Positions 23,801 to 37,030 of a stretch of DNA of 64,000 bases are shown in pieces; position 1 is the first letter of the stretch, and the number at the start of each line of letters is the position of its first letter. Source of the DNA: Camelus ferus (lineage: Eukaryota); the NCBI RefSeq assembly GCF_009834535.1, contig NC_045697.1, forward strand, positions 118,794,001-118,858,000, given 5' to 3'. The notes beneath the pieces were generated by a model. That model ran no database searches, was not told the DNA's origin, and was given only the letters and a program-made list of their open reading frames with translations. The position numbers were made by a program, and so were the translations under genes.

Positions 23801-26800
23801 GCAGTCCTGTGTTTCGTAACCTTTTAGCTCTCTGTGCGTGTCATGTGCCAGCCTGCAGGTTTCTTTTCGAGGAGTTCTGTCTTTCCCCAGAGTGGACACT
23901 GGTAGGTTTCTAGACAGTAATTGGCAGAAGGAAACTGAGGAAGCCAGAGCGTGTGTGCGCACAGAGGACATCCCTGTGTATGTAGCTTTTCCTGGTACAC
24001 CGGGTGGGAAACAGCGCTGTAGTTTTTGTTTCTGGGAAACTCTTACTTGGGCTCCCAAATGGGAGCCTCTGAAATTAAAATTCCTCCCCTTCTCTGCAGT
24101 CTTCCTTGAGAGTTTTTCTTTCAGTACAGGAGATTCTTACCCTCTTGTTTCCTGGGTGCAGTTCCTGCGTTATCAGGAGGACACGGTAACTGAGATCAAT
24201 TACTCGGGAAATTCAGAGTTCTTAGGAATCACAACTGATTTGGGGGAGAGCATTTAGCACTTTAACCAGTTTATTAAAAAGTTATTAGACTTTTTCCTTA
24301 CCCAAATGCTTTTTTTTTTTTTTGAGTAGCATGTTCCTAATCGATAGCACATTTTTATTGGTGGGATGACTTGTGACTTATTTGGGTTGTCTTCTCTATC
24401 AAATGAGGATGATTTTTTTCGCCTTGTGTTATTTTAAGAAGTTGTAGAATCTTTGATTTGTATTTTAGGTATCCTCTCAGAGTGCCAAATTACGGTGCAG
24501 GAAAATAATGAACATTTCGTATATTTATACAGACCTTAAGGATTAAGCATAGGGTGGCATTTTGTATAACAACATAGACAGTACTATACTGAGAATTACA
24601 GGCCCTCTGGGTGACGTGTGGGCTCACGTTCTTAAGCCACTGCTGAGAGAGGCTTTATGGAATAAATTTAAGTCGGGTTATCTGTGCTAAATTTCCCATT
24701 CCCGATCTTGATTACACTTATTTAAAACTTTCTCAAACACTTTTTATTCTGTACTTTTTTCTTCTGAAGTAATGAATTCTACAAATTTATTGGCCCATTT
24801 GTTTATTAACAATTCATATATTTTCCTCAAATCAGCCTCTTTAAAGTTCCAGGACGCATCCTGAGCTTGTGTTTTGAGAAATGCTAGAATGAGCTGGAGT
24901 TTGCCTTTTCCTGGTTTTGTAGATTCTCATTGTTCCTCTTTACTATCATCTTCCCTGACTCTGTGTCTGGTTTAAAATAATTTCTTCCATCCCTTTGATC
25001 ACTTTGCCCTCCTCTGGAACTTCTCCAGGTGTCTTGTTCTTTATATGTCTTGTTCTTGTTATGCTTTTGTTAAGAACCTTAAATTCTTTTTAAAATAGGT
25101 GCTGACATTAAAAGTATTTTTGTAGTGGATGTAATGTTAGACGTGGAACCAAAGACAAATAATGCTAAATCCTACCTTGAGGAAGTCATGTAGCCCATGT
25201 TTCACAAAGATAGGAAGAGAAATCCAGTCTTGCATAGGCTGTTTTTTGGGGGAGGAACAGAGGACAAACCAACCAACTCATTTGAGTGTAAATTCTACTC
25301 CATCAGAGTTGCTTACTAAATTTAAGACTTTTATTGCTTTTACTATAGATTGGCTAAAATTCATGTCAGTGTTTTATTGCGTATTTATTTAGGAGCAAAG
25401 AAACAACAAAGTAATTGGGGGTCCCTGCCTTTGAGATGCTTTTACTTATGAATGGCAGAGACAATGATACACAGATTGCACAAAACTGTAGGGAAAGGGA
25501 AATGGACCAGTTTTTAATCTGTGACCACTATATGACAGAAAGTGATTGGTACATTATAGATGTAAGTATTTGTACATTTTTCATTGGGGAAATGTTGATA
25601 TTGGACTACACAGAACATATTGGAGTGTCTGAGCCAGTGGAAGGTGTCTTTTAGGAAGAAAAAGGCTGGGAGAGATGTTTAAGACTTTTGGAACTGGAGG
25701 ATGTGGGGAACAAAGGTAATTAGGAAGTTGGTTGATGGGAAATCACAGGGAAGTTGTTGAGTAGCTTAGGGTCTGTTTGTGCTTGTGTGGGTATGTGTTT
25801 ACAGCTCAAAGAGCCAGCTGAGAACCATGTTCCTGAGAGGGTGGTTATGACCATTGAGGAGAAACTGTATTTTAAGCCAAGGCATTATACCTGGGTTAGG
25901 AGTTTGTTTTTCTAGGGAACCGACATTTTTATACCAGGGTCACTGAAGAGTGACGCAGATGGAGGGGTGAAAAGGAAGGTGCTTCCAATATCTTAGTGTC
26001 GTGCTCGTGGTTTCTTATAACAAGTCATTCAGAAATTGGGCAGTGGGCTTGGTTTTGGACATTACATTTTCGAGTTGAAGTTGGATACCGATGAAATCTC
26101 AAGACAGTAAAATTATGAGCAATATGCTGAAAATGTAGAATTGGGAGTCATTATCAAAGTATTAAAGTTTCTCAAGAGTGCTGATGGAGAGTCAAGAGCT
26201 GGAAAGTGGGTATTTTTACTTGGGGGCAGGGGACTCTGTTATTAGCAAAGATGAAGAAAGAACAGAGATGGATGGAACTCTCCCTAAAATAGGTGTTTTA
26301 AAAGTGAGTAAGTGCTGAAGTTGAAAAGGGAGGAACAGCCAGCCTCAGGACATATGGTTATTTTTGAAACTGCTAACAAGCTTTTTGTAGGCTGCGTAAG
26401 CCCCACGAGGTTAAGTTCAGAAGAATGTGTAGGATTTCACTGTTAAGGAGCTTACACATAAAAGGACAGGTCTGTCTCACCAGATTGACGTTTTTAAACT
26501 TCGCCCTTCATTATCGTTCTGAGCTTAGTCTCTAACGTGGCGAAGTGGGGCTCAAATAGCTGGCAGGGAAGGCCGCGCCCCCTGCGGCAGGTGGCCTCTG
26601 TCCTTGTGTCCCGTACACAGCGGAGGGCAGAGCCCCATGCTGGCACAGCAGTGCTGACAATGCCTTTAAAACTCTTTTTATTAAAATACAAACAAACAAA
26701 ACCCAACTTGGCACTTAAAAAATCCTGACATCTTTGAAGCATGAAATGCTAGAAGACTGATTTTTTTTTTTAAATTTAAAACAATTTTTGAATTTTTGTG

Positions 26801-27367
26801 GTGAAGCCTGGAATTTGGTGTTGATTCCAGCAAGGAGTGAGGCCTGTGAGGCAGGGAGTCTGCACACCCACACCGCCTTGTGCTCCTTAATTTGAACTCA
26901 CTGCCTCCCTAGTAGTTTTTTGGCCTCTTAGGAGTGACAGTTCACACGGCAGGGCCTTCTGGGGAAGAGCGGTTTACACGGGGAGCTAGAATAAGGTGGT
27001 TCAGGAACACATGCCATGTGGGTGCCTGCCTTCCTCACCCTCTGTTTTCCAAACTTTTTTTTATGCAAGTGAAATCATGGTTTGATGAACTTTAAAGGGC
27101 AGTCTTTTTGGGTTAACATAATTTACCAGTAAAGACAGCGGGAAAGGTGGGGCTCTGGTGGTTGGGAGTGGTAACCGCTCGTGCTTTGCCCTGGCAGCTT
27201 CGGGGTTGATATGGGATGATAAAGAGCCTTAGCGGTGTGCGTTTGTGTCTGTGTTTTGACACCAGGTGACCCCGCAGCCCACACGTAGGCTAGCAGCGGC
27301 CCAATTCACGTGCGTTGGAGATGGTTCTTGGAGAAGTCTTGTGTTGCCTCCGACATCTCCTGCAGAG

Positions 27368-27583
27368 GAGGGGTTAGCAAACTTTTTTTTGGCAGAGGGC
27401 CAATTAGTAAATATTTTAGATTTTGTGGACCACATGGTTCTGTCATGATGATTCAGTTCTGCTCTTGTGGTGCGAATGCAGCCACAGTCAATGTGCAGTG
27501 AATGAAGGTGACTGTGTGCTAGTAAAACCTTAGACGTCAAAACTGGAGGCTGGTTGGGTCTGGCTCGTAGTTTATAGGCCCTG
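27368..27583. mobile_element. MER58-like hAT-Charlie DNA transposon
   Basis: ggggttagcaaacttttt..agggcca..tagtaaatatttta..gcagcca..gtttataggccctg. Confidence 0.75.
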
Positions 27584-28081
27584 ATGTAGACAACTGCCAA
27601 GTCAGCTACGTGCAGTCTGAGCTTCACTACTACAGAGCTGAGACTGGCTGTTGTAGCGGGTCCCTGTTTTCTAAATGAGATGTGTTCTTGGGGGCCGTCT
27701 TAAAATGATTCTGCGTAAAGCATAGAGCCTGCTGTTCAGGTTACTGCTGCCTCCATAGTGTTGACAACTGTGGACCGAGGAGCAGGGGCAATGCCTTCTA
27801 GAATGGATGCAACCAAAGTCAGGGAGGGACTGCTTGCATTTCTTACTCAAAGATGCCAAACCATGAAAGATACTGCATAGTGACACAGCGGCTGTGTATC
27901 ACGGCCAGAAGTATCTTTGGAGTGTCTGGAGAAACTTCTGGGTATAATCTTGAAAGGTTCTGAAAATAAGTTGTAAAGCATCTACTTCAGATGTAAAATT
28001 AGAAGTGTTTATGGTTTGTTTGAATTAGATGAAAATATTGGTCAAACTATAAGAACACTAAGTTTTTGGTTTCTTATAAAC

Positions 28082-30556
28082 ATTTTTTTATTGAGGTATA
28101 GTCATTTTACAATGTTGTGTCAAATTCCAGTGTAGAGCACAATTTTTCATTTATACATGAACATACATATATTCATCGTCACATTTTATTTTCGCTGTGA
28201 GCTATCACAAGATCTTGTATATATTTCCCTGTGCTATACAGTATAATCTTGTTTATCTATTCTACATATGCCTGTCAGTATCTACAAATTTTGAACCCCC
28301 AGTCTATCCCTTCCCACCCCTCTCCCCCTTGGCAACCACAAGTGTGTACTCTGTGTCTGTGAGTCTGTTTCTGTTTTGTAGTTATGTTCTTTTTTTTTTT
28401 TTTTTTTGGATTCCACATATGAGTGATCTCATATGGTATTTTTCTTTCACTTTCTGGCTTACTTCACTTAGCATGACATTCTCCAGGGACATCCATGTTG
28501 CTGCAGATGCCATTATGTTGGTGCTTGTGGCTGAGTAGTATTCCATTGTATAAATACACCACATCTTCTTTATCCAGTCACCTGTTGATGGGCGTTTGGG
28601 GTTGTTTCCGTATCTTGGCTGTCGTAAATACTGCTGCTGTGAACATTGGGGTGCAGGTGTCTTTTTGAATTAGGATTTCCTCTGGATATATGCCCAGGAG
28701 TGGGATTGCTGGGTCATAGGATAAACCTATTTTTAGTCTTTTGAGAAATCTTCATACTGTCCTCCAAAAGTGGCTGCACCAATCTGCACTCCCACCAACA
28801 CTGTAGGAGGGTTTATTTCTCTCCACACTCCCTCCAGCATCGTTTGTAGACTTTTCAATGATGGCCATTCTGGCTGCTGTGAGGTGATATTTCACTGTAG
28901 TTTTGATCTGCATTTCTCTGACAATTAGTGATGCGGAGCATTTTTTCATGTGCCTATTGGCCATTTGTGTGTCTTCATTAGAGAATTGCTTGCCTAGGTC
29001 TTGTGCCTGTGTTTGGATTGGATTGCTTGCTTCTTTGATATTAAGGTGTATGAGCCACTTATATATTTTGGAAATTAGTCCCTTGTCAGTCACGTTATTT
29101 GCAAATATTTTCTCCCATTGTGTAGGTTGTCTTTTCATTTTGTTGATGGTGTCCTTAGTTGTGCAAAAGCTTTAAAGTTTAATTAGATCCTGTTTGTCTA
29201 TTTTTGCTTTTATTTCCAATACTCCAGGAGTGGGTTGAAAAAAAATATATTGCTGTAATGTATGCCCATGAGTGTTGTGCCTATGTTTCTCTCTAGGAGT
29301 TTTATGGTGTCTGGCCTTATATTGAGGTCTTTAATTCATTTTGATTTTATTTTTGTACATGGTGTTAGAGAATGTTCTAATGTCAGTCTTTTACTGGTAG
29401 CTGTCCAGTTTTCCCAGCACCACTTATTGAAGAGACTGTCTTTCCTCCATTGTATCTTCTTCCCTCCTTTGTCACGGATGAATAGAACATAAGTGTGTGG
29501 GTTTATTTCTGGACTTTCTGTCCTGTTCCATTGATCTCTGTGTCTGTTTTTGTGCCAGTACCATACTGTTTTGATTACTGTAGCTTTGTAGTATAGCCTG
29601 AAGTCAGGGAGCATGATTCCTTCAGCTCCATTCTTCTTTTTCAAGATTGTTTTGGCTATTTAGGGTCTTTTGTGTTTCCATACAAATTTTTAACATTTTC
29701 TGTTGCAGCTCTGTGAAGAATGTCGTTGGTAATTTGATAGGGACTGCGCTGAATGTGTAAATTGCCTTGGGCATTATGGTCATTTAACAATATTGATTCT
29801 TCCAATCCAAGAACATGGTATATCTTTCCATTTGTTTATGTTGTCTTCAATTTCCTTCATCAGTGTCTTACAGTTTTCAGCATACAGGTCTTTTGCCCCC
29901 TTGGGTAGGTTTATTCCTCGATACTTTATTCTTTTTGGCATGATGGTAAATGGTATCGTTTCCTTAATTTCCTTTTCTGCTATTTCATTGTTAGTGTGTA
30001 GAAATGCAAATGACTTCTGTATATTAATTTCATATCCTGTAACTTTACCAAATTCATTGATGAGTTCTAGTAGTTTTCTGGTCGCTTCTTTAGGGTTTCC
30101 TATGTATAGTATCATGTCATCTGCAAACAGTGACAGTTTTATTTCTTCATTTCCAATTTGGATTCCTTTAATTTTTTTCTTATCTGATTGGTATGGCTAA
30201 GACTTCCCAAACTATGTTGAATAGAAGTGGTGGGAGTGGGCATCCTTGTCTTGTACCCGATCTTAGAGGGAATGCTTTCAGCCTTTCCCCATTAAGTATG
30301 ATGTGAGCTGTGGCTTTGTCATAAACGGCCTTTATTATGTTGAGGTGTGTTCTGTCTATTCCCACCTTCTGGAGAGTTTTGATCATAAATGGATGTTGAA
30401 TTGTATCAAAAGCTTTTTCTGCATCTACTGAGAGTATCATGTGGTTTTTAGTCTTCGGTTTGTTAATGTGGTGTATCACATTGATTGATCTGCAGGTATT
30501 GAAAACCCCCTGCATTCCTGGGATAAATCCCACTTGATCAAGGTGTATGGGCCTTT
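28082..30556 (-). mobile_element. 5'-truncated, relatively young LINE-1 (ORF2 RT to 3'UTR)
   Basis: ORF track shows [71 protein letters not shown]-rich 3' end at ~28082. Confidence 0.97.
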
Positions 30557-31082
30557 AGAGGGGGGCTCGTTTTCATTCACATTCATCTACCTGTAAGAAT
30601 AAATTACCATACGCCTCTTACAGCTCAGAACTTAATAATCCATTGGAGCTTTGAGTGGAAACAAATACCCCATCACATGAGAAGTTTCCCTGAGTAGCCC
30701 TCTGTAGCCTGCCTTTACCGCTGAGAAGGAGAACATCGCCAAGCGCTGTTGTAAACCAGCATAGTTTACTGGGTTGTGTTTATAAAATAACTCAAACAAC
30801 AGTTAAACATTTGAATATAGTTTTGAGTATTTTGGCTAAAACTAGGATAGGAAGCAGCTTTTGAATTGTGAAAAAATCCAGGGGTGAAGTTTCTGGAGGA
30901 TTAGATGGATGTGCGTTGTCTGTCTACTTTTAGAAAATTTCTTCCCAGCCTATTTGTCTTCATTTGAGGAAAGTAAAAATATCTATAGGTGGCATTGGAA
31001 TCACCTATTTTTGTATTTTAGCAAGATAAAAACCTTTAATAATTGTGTGGAAACTATTCACACTCTCACCTATTGTTTCTAG

Positions 31083-32394
31083 TTGTCTGGGTGGAAAGGA
31101 AAGGCCTGCTTAACCAGTGGTCAGGGAATCGTCATTCAGACAGGTACGGATGGACTTCATTTCATTCTTTTCTGATAATATAATAGCATTTAGTGATAGT
31201 GCTGACTGATGTTGACTTAAAAAATTACTGTCACGTATAGCCCAGTATTACACAGCATTGCATATTAATTTGAGTCATTGTCTTCCTCATAATGTAAAAA
31301 TGAAAGGCAATTTAATGTCTGTGTAAGTTTTCTGTGGCGGTAGGGTCAGCCCCCCGCAGCCCCCGTTCTTCTGTAGAATGATTTCGCATTTCTCTGTAGT
31401 TTTATGCTGCTGTTTAGACCTTCTTGCAGTAAAGCTTGTCTTACTTTGCACTTGGCTGATGCTTTGTTACTGTCTGTCTTGCTCGGAAGAGCTCTAGGAA
31501 TGATCTTTGCTCTGGAGGAAAATACGGTTATACCTTAGATTATTATTTATAATGTTAATCTGGCATTTAAAGAGTCTTTGTGTATTTTTAGATGCTGTGG
31601 AAAGTAGTATGGTGAGTTTAGATTTCAATATGAATACTCTTCATATATTGTGGGTGGCTTTATTAGCGGTTTTACTTGGAGATGATAATATGCACCATAA
31701 CTCTAATTGCCTTTGTTGGCTGAAGGAGTTCATATTCAACCCTGTTAGAAATAAAAGTTAGGAAGGGACTTGGGCAGTTGCCATTTGAGTGCATCCTTCC
31801 TACAGCAGAGGGAATTGAAGTTCAGGAAGGTTAATTGCCCGAGGTCAACCAGCAAGCAAGTTCTGGAGCCAGATGCTGGTGTCTGTCTGACTCAGTGTCT
31901 CTGTTCCCTAACTTGCAATTTGGTGCATCTGAGAACAGGAGTGGGTGCCCCCCACCACCTTGGCCCTGCCAGCCCTTAGCCATGCAACTAACTCTGCTAC
32001 TGTCTTGTTAATGATCGTCTTCTTAGACCTCAATGTTATTGTTTATGAAAACACTCTCAAAGATCTTTAAAAAAAATCCTCTTTTTGTGCTTAGTTTCTT
32101 TACAAATTTAAAAATATGATTATGTTCTTTTTGTGTTAAGTATCAGTGAGCTTTTTTTATTTTATAGGCACTTTCAAATTGAACATGTTTTTGATTCATG
32201 ACAAAATTATTCAAAATCACAAGGAATCGAGGCCTCGTCCAAGGATGTCTCATTTGCCAGTAATGGAAATACTACTGTGGTGCTGGTTGACTATAAAAGT
32301 GTGACCATCGCGGTGGAGAGCGCGGTTCACATCTGTAATAGGAACTTCAGTGGCGTGAATTTTGATTTTACTCTTGTGACTGGTCCCAGCCAGG
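31083..32394 (+). other. Two candidate internal exons (31083-31143, 32168-32394) of an unidentified gene downstream of the CpG island
   Basis: ttgtttctAG|...CAG|GTACGG and ttttttattttatAG|...CAGG|GTAAAA. I could not recognise the product. Confidence 0.35.
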
Positions 32395-32689
32395 GTAAAA
32401 CGCACTTCTGTGAAGATGGTCATGGAAACTCCTTCTGTTCACAAGGAACCGTGGATGACAGACTTGAGGGTTGCTTGGGGAGGTTACAGCCGACTGGCAG
32501 GAGGGACGAGGCTGGCGCCCTCTTGATGGCCCCGTGGGAAGAGAGCGCCTGGGAAGCCCAGTGTTCTCTCTGATCCTCACAGCAGCATAGTGGGTCTGAT
32601 ACCATTTTACTTAATTGAAATGTTGTCCTTGTAAAGCAGCAGTAAGTGTCACAGTCATATTGTCTGCCAGCAGGCGAGCTGTTGTTTGT

Positions 32690-32880
32690 GCAAGGAGCTG
32701 TGCTAAACACTTCGCACAGATTTTCACTGAAGCCTCACGGTGGTGTCCTGTGAGATAACTCCTCCTTCATCCCTGTTTTGCTGATGAGGAAACTGAGGCA
32801 CAGAAAGGCGAAGTGACAGCTAATAAGTGACAGTTTAAGTAGAAGTCTGACCCAAGTTGGGCTGAATCTCAAGGTCATGC
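32690..32880. mobile_element. MIR SINE
   Basis: MIR core: ccctgttttgctgatgaggaaactgaggcacagaaagg. Confidence 0.75.
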
Positions 32881-33079
32881 TCTTTCTATTCAAACAGGTT
32901 GTTCTTCCATTAATGTGGTGAGTAGTGAGAGCTTGTAGTGTTCTTTCTCCGTAAGAAAATGAAATATTTCTTTTAAAGGGGTAGGAATAGCACGCTATTG
33001 AATGTTCCCAATTACGTGAGTAATGGTATGTTTGAACTAGTGCGCTCTAATGTCCTAAAAAGTCCTCTCCCGTTCACAG

Positions 33080-33527
33080 GACTGCTCTCCTTTTGGCGTG
33101 TGCCAGTGGCCATGCAGGCGTGGTGACTCTCCTGGTGGAGTGAGGATGCCAGCTCAGTGCACAGGACAGCAGGAACAAGGACGGCCATCATGAAGGTGTG
33201 TAGCAGCCAGCCGTGTCCACGTGAGATGGATTCCATGTAACGACTTAAATAAAAAATGAATTGATCTGTTTTAAGTATAATGAACTGGTGGGACTTGTGG
33301 CATGTTGGCTTGGAATTCCTAGCGCTTACACTCTGTTTCTTGGCATGATGCCGACAGGCCGCACAGTGCGAGGCGGGGGAGTGTGTGGCCATCCTCGTCA
33401 AAAGTGGTGGCAACGTCAGCGCTGCAGACGTCAGCGGGAGCACTGCGCCCCAGTGCGCGGCAGCCCTTGCGAAGGCATTGCAGCAGAGCTGCTGCCCCAC
33501 CATGCAGACATGGAGGCAATAAACAAG
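33080..33527 (+). pseudogene. ANKRD26-family (ANKRD26/POTE/ANKRD30-type) ankyrin-repeat exons, disabled; exons 33080-33195 and 33358-33527
   Basis: TALLLACASGHAGVVTLLVE*GCQLSAQDSRN.RTAIMK|AAQCEAGECVAILVKSG.NVSAADVSGSTA...IAAELLPHHADMEAINK|GT, versus family RTALHLACANGHPEVVTLL..RKCQL..D.ENRTALMK|AVQCQEE.CA.ILL.HGA...D..GNTA...ANIEAKNK. TGA 33141-33143 and frameshifts present; intron retained. Confidence 0.88.
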
Positions 33528-36500
33528 GTACAGCTCCACTACTTTGTTTACAAAATATTTGAAATGCAGGTTCCTTTTTAGCTACAGGTGTTTTATTTCT
33601 AATACGTATAAAAAAATTCATCAGTCCATTACCATGGAAACAACTCCAGAGCCAAGCCAAGGGCTAGAAAGCTGGTGCCCACAGAAAAGGCAGAGCTCTG
33701 CCTCCCAGCCCCTCCTCTACCCTGGAAGGAACAACTCCCCATCAGGAAGTGCCTGGGAGTGGGTGGTAGGTTCAGAGCCCACAGAAGACGAAGGCCTGGG
33801 GGGAGTGAAGTGATGGTGGGGGCTGGCTGCCTTCAGAGGCAGAGGGGCTACTGGGGAAGGCTGGGAGGAGGAAGGAGACCCAGTACCCAGCAGGGGAGCT
33901 GGGTGAGGGCATGTGGGCAGGGGAGGCAGCAGGCCACAGGCCCCGAGCACCCCAGGACCCCCAGTTCTAGGATTGGGGCAAGTGAGGTTCAGGTCATATT
34001 TGAGAGCCAGCGAGGGCGTTCAGTGGTGCTGGTGGCCACGTGGCCCGCCATGTCCGCCTTGGGGTCTCCCACACTCAGCCTGGTGCAGCGCCTCAGCTGG
34101 GGCTGTGGCTGCACGTGGGGAGCAGGTGAGGGCGAAGCCGGCTCTCCTGCTTTTGCACCCGAGGCTGTTGTGCAGAACGTGCCTCCACCTGAGGGAGGGC
34201 CGTGCCCAGCTGGGCAACGGGCCGTCTGGAGGACTGTGGGAAGGGCTGCTCGGCTTGCTTCACACGCTTGCCGTCAGGGCCCTGCTGACCTGGTCTCCTG
34301 TGATTGCCTGGGCCCAAGACACAGCCTCCAGGTGGCCCGGTCAGGAGGTCACTGCCCCTCTCAGATCCCACTGCTCTCCCCAGACAGCCTTCCCTGATCC
34401 ACACACCCTAGTCACGCCCAGCCTGTGGCCTGTCCTCCGGCCTGCCCTGTCTCACCCCTCCCCGTCCTTCCGAGGCTCAGGGCAAACCCTGGCAGGTGTT
34501 GTGTATTTAAGAGGTCCCGTGTTGAATCATTTTCATAATAAGGGAATTGACACAAGTTACTTTATCTAAGTTTGCTGTCATCCTCCCTAAGGGAATAGGA
34601 GATTTATGGGATTGGTGTGGAATGAAGTATCTCCCAGTCACCTTAGGTCACCCCAGGCACAGGACTAGTCACTTGTTGTGTGAAGATGGTTGCCCTCCCT
34701 CCTCCAGGGACAAAACAATATCAGGTTCATGCCTGGGGCTCCCTGGTTAGGGCGGATGCTGAGAATTGGTCAGTAGACTGACTGAAGAGGGTGGCAGGAC
34801 ACCCATGGCCGTCCCTGTAGTGCGCACACATGGGAGAGCTGCACGCTTGGTGGAGGGAGGCCAGGAGAAAGGAAGTGAGCATGAATCAGGAGAGAAGTGA
34901 GGAAGGGAAGCAGTGTGCAGCGGAACAGAGAGGGAGGGCGGCCAGGTCATGCACAGAAATGCATGGCTGCCGTAGGAGGGGCGGGAGGACACAGGCCTTC
35001 ATTCCTGGTTACGCATAGGGAATGTGATGGCTGGAAAAGTATAGGAGAGACAGAGACCCACTCACTCCCTGCAGAGGTGGAGCAACTGAGGGCCTGGGAG
35101 GACCATGGAGATGAAGACACAGGGGTCCTCAGGTGGGGCTGCACCATCCCAGGAGGGTCAGGGCCCCACATTCTCATTGTGACTCACCGTCTGCTCCCCT
35201 CTCCTGGCATCACCCCAGCATCCCGGCGTTGCTGCCCTTGGACACTGAACACTGCTTCGCAGACAAAGCAGATTCTGATCCGCAGAGCCTTAATCTCCAT
35301 GTAATTGATTTCTCATTCATCTCTTTTTCATTTTCTATTTCTAATTCATAAACTCCTCTTTGTAGCTCTTCCTTAGCTCCTCTTTCCCCTTTCTGATAAT
35401 TCTCCTCCTTTAGGAGCTGGTCCCGTGCAGGTACTTGGGGTGCCGGGACCTTGTAGAAAATCTTGTAGCCCACCCCCCCACTGCTCTCTCAGCATTGCCC
35501 TGGCTCCTGACCCCCTTGTGCACCGCTGAATCTGCCTACGCCCCCCCGAGTGGCCTGAGGAGGGGGCAGGTTGGTAGTCAGAAGGGCTGGACCCACCCTG
35601 CCGGAGGGACCCCAAGAATCTGGCTCCTCCCCGGACCCCCCATGTGGCTGTTTTCCTGCCCCGGGCGGCTCTGGACACGTGCAACTCCTCTCTTCCCCCC
35701 AGATGGCAGCACCTTCTCTCCTGTTCTTGTTAAGAGAAGCTCTCAGGGAGCAGCTGGTGGTGAAGAGGACCAGGAGGAGGCAATGTGAACATGGAGGCTG
35801 GGGAAGAAAGGTAAGGCACCCACGTGCTTGTGTTCTCGCCGCGTCCCTCACTGACTTGGTGGCCGGCAGGGGGAGCAAGCAGTGGAAGCACTGGGGCGGC
35901 TGCTGCTGAGCGTGAGCCGGGACGTGGCGACAGAGGAGGGTGGTTGTCACCGCAGGCGGCGCGAGGCGCTGTGCCGTCAGGCAGTGCAGGGCCGTGCTCC
36001 TTGTTCTCTCACGTTACAGTTTTCAAAGCTTTTAACAAAATTTCAGAAATTCTGCATCATAGTATTTAAAATTTGCTTTGCATCTTGCTTCTTTTTTTGT
36101 TTGCTTCTCTTTCAGGTCCCTCAGTCATTCATATATTAGATTATCCTCTGCTTTTGACACATCCATCAAATATTTTACAATTTCTTGTTTAGTTTCTTTT
36201 CCAGGAGAACTTCTCAGTAGTGTTTAATAGTTTCCTCCTTTTCATTTGCTTGTTCTACAAAACATTACTTATCACTTTGTTTTAGCTTAAATTTCATTTA
36301 AAAGTGATTTTTCAGTATTATCTTATTCTTTTCTGAGTTCCCAGGCCTTTGTTTCTAAGTTTTTAAAATTCTGATCTATGTTATCCTTTCATTCTTTTAT
36401 CATTTTCTTTCTTCCCTTTTTTTCCAACCTTCAGTCTTTACTACCAGTCATGTCATCATGCATGAAAAGAGAACGGTCACTCCCGTGGAGAAGTTGCTAA

Positions 36501-36534
36501 ACATTCGTGTAGGGCTTGCTTTTCTTTCTATTCC

Positions 36535-37030
36535 TTCTTTCTTGTAAGTGTATTTGACCTACAACACTGACGGCTTTAGGTGAACAGTTCTGGTTCGATA
36601 TTTCTGCACATTAGAAAGTGATCGCCACAGTAAGACTAGTCACCGTCTGTCGTCGTGCAAAGTCGCCACAGTGTCAGTGACTATTTATATTCCCTATTTT
36701 GTACGTTTCAGATGCTGGACTCCTTTATTCTGTTACAGAAAGTTTGTGACCCCTGATCTGCCCCACCTGTTCATGACTCCCCCCTTCCCCCCTCTGCCAG
36801 CCACCTGTCTGTTTTCTGTATCGAAGAGTCTGTTACTGCCTTTTTATGTTTGGTCATTAGTTTTGCTTCTTAGATTCCACATGTAAGTGACATCACACGA
36901 TGTTTGTCTTTCTCTGGCTTATGTCACTTAGCATAGTACCTTCTAGGTGGATCTGTGTTGTAGCAAGTGGCAAGATTTCATTCTCACATATGGCTGAATA
37001 AATTTCCATCACATATGGGTACCACCTTGT
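36535..37030 (-). mobile_element. LINE-1 3' end
   Basis: ttagattccacatgtaagtga..., ORF 36893..37117(-) NEILPLATT. Confidence 0.8.

Noticed and set aside
35210..35473. Glu/Lys-rich coiled-coil-like ORF on the minus strand
   Set aside because: Composition fits decayed L1/HAL1 ORF1-type sequence; no gene recognised.
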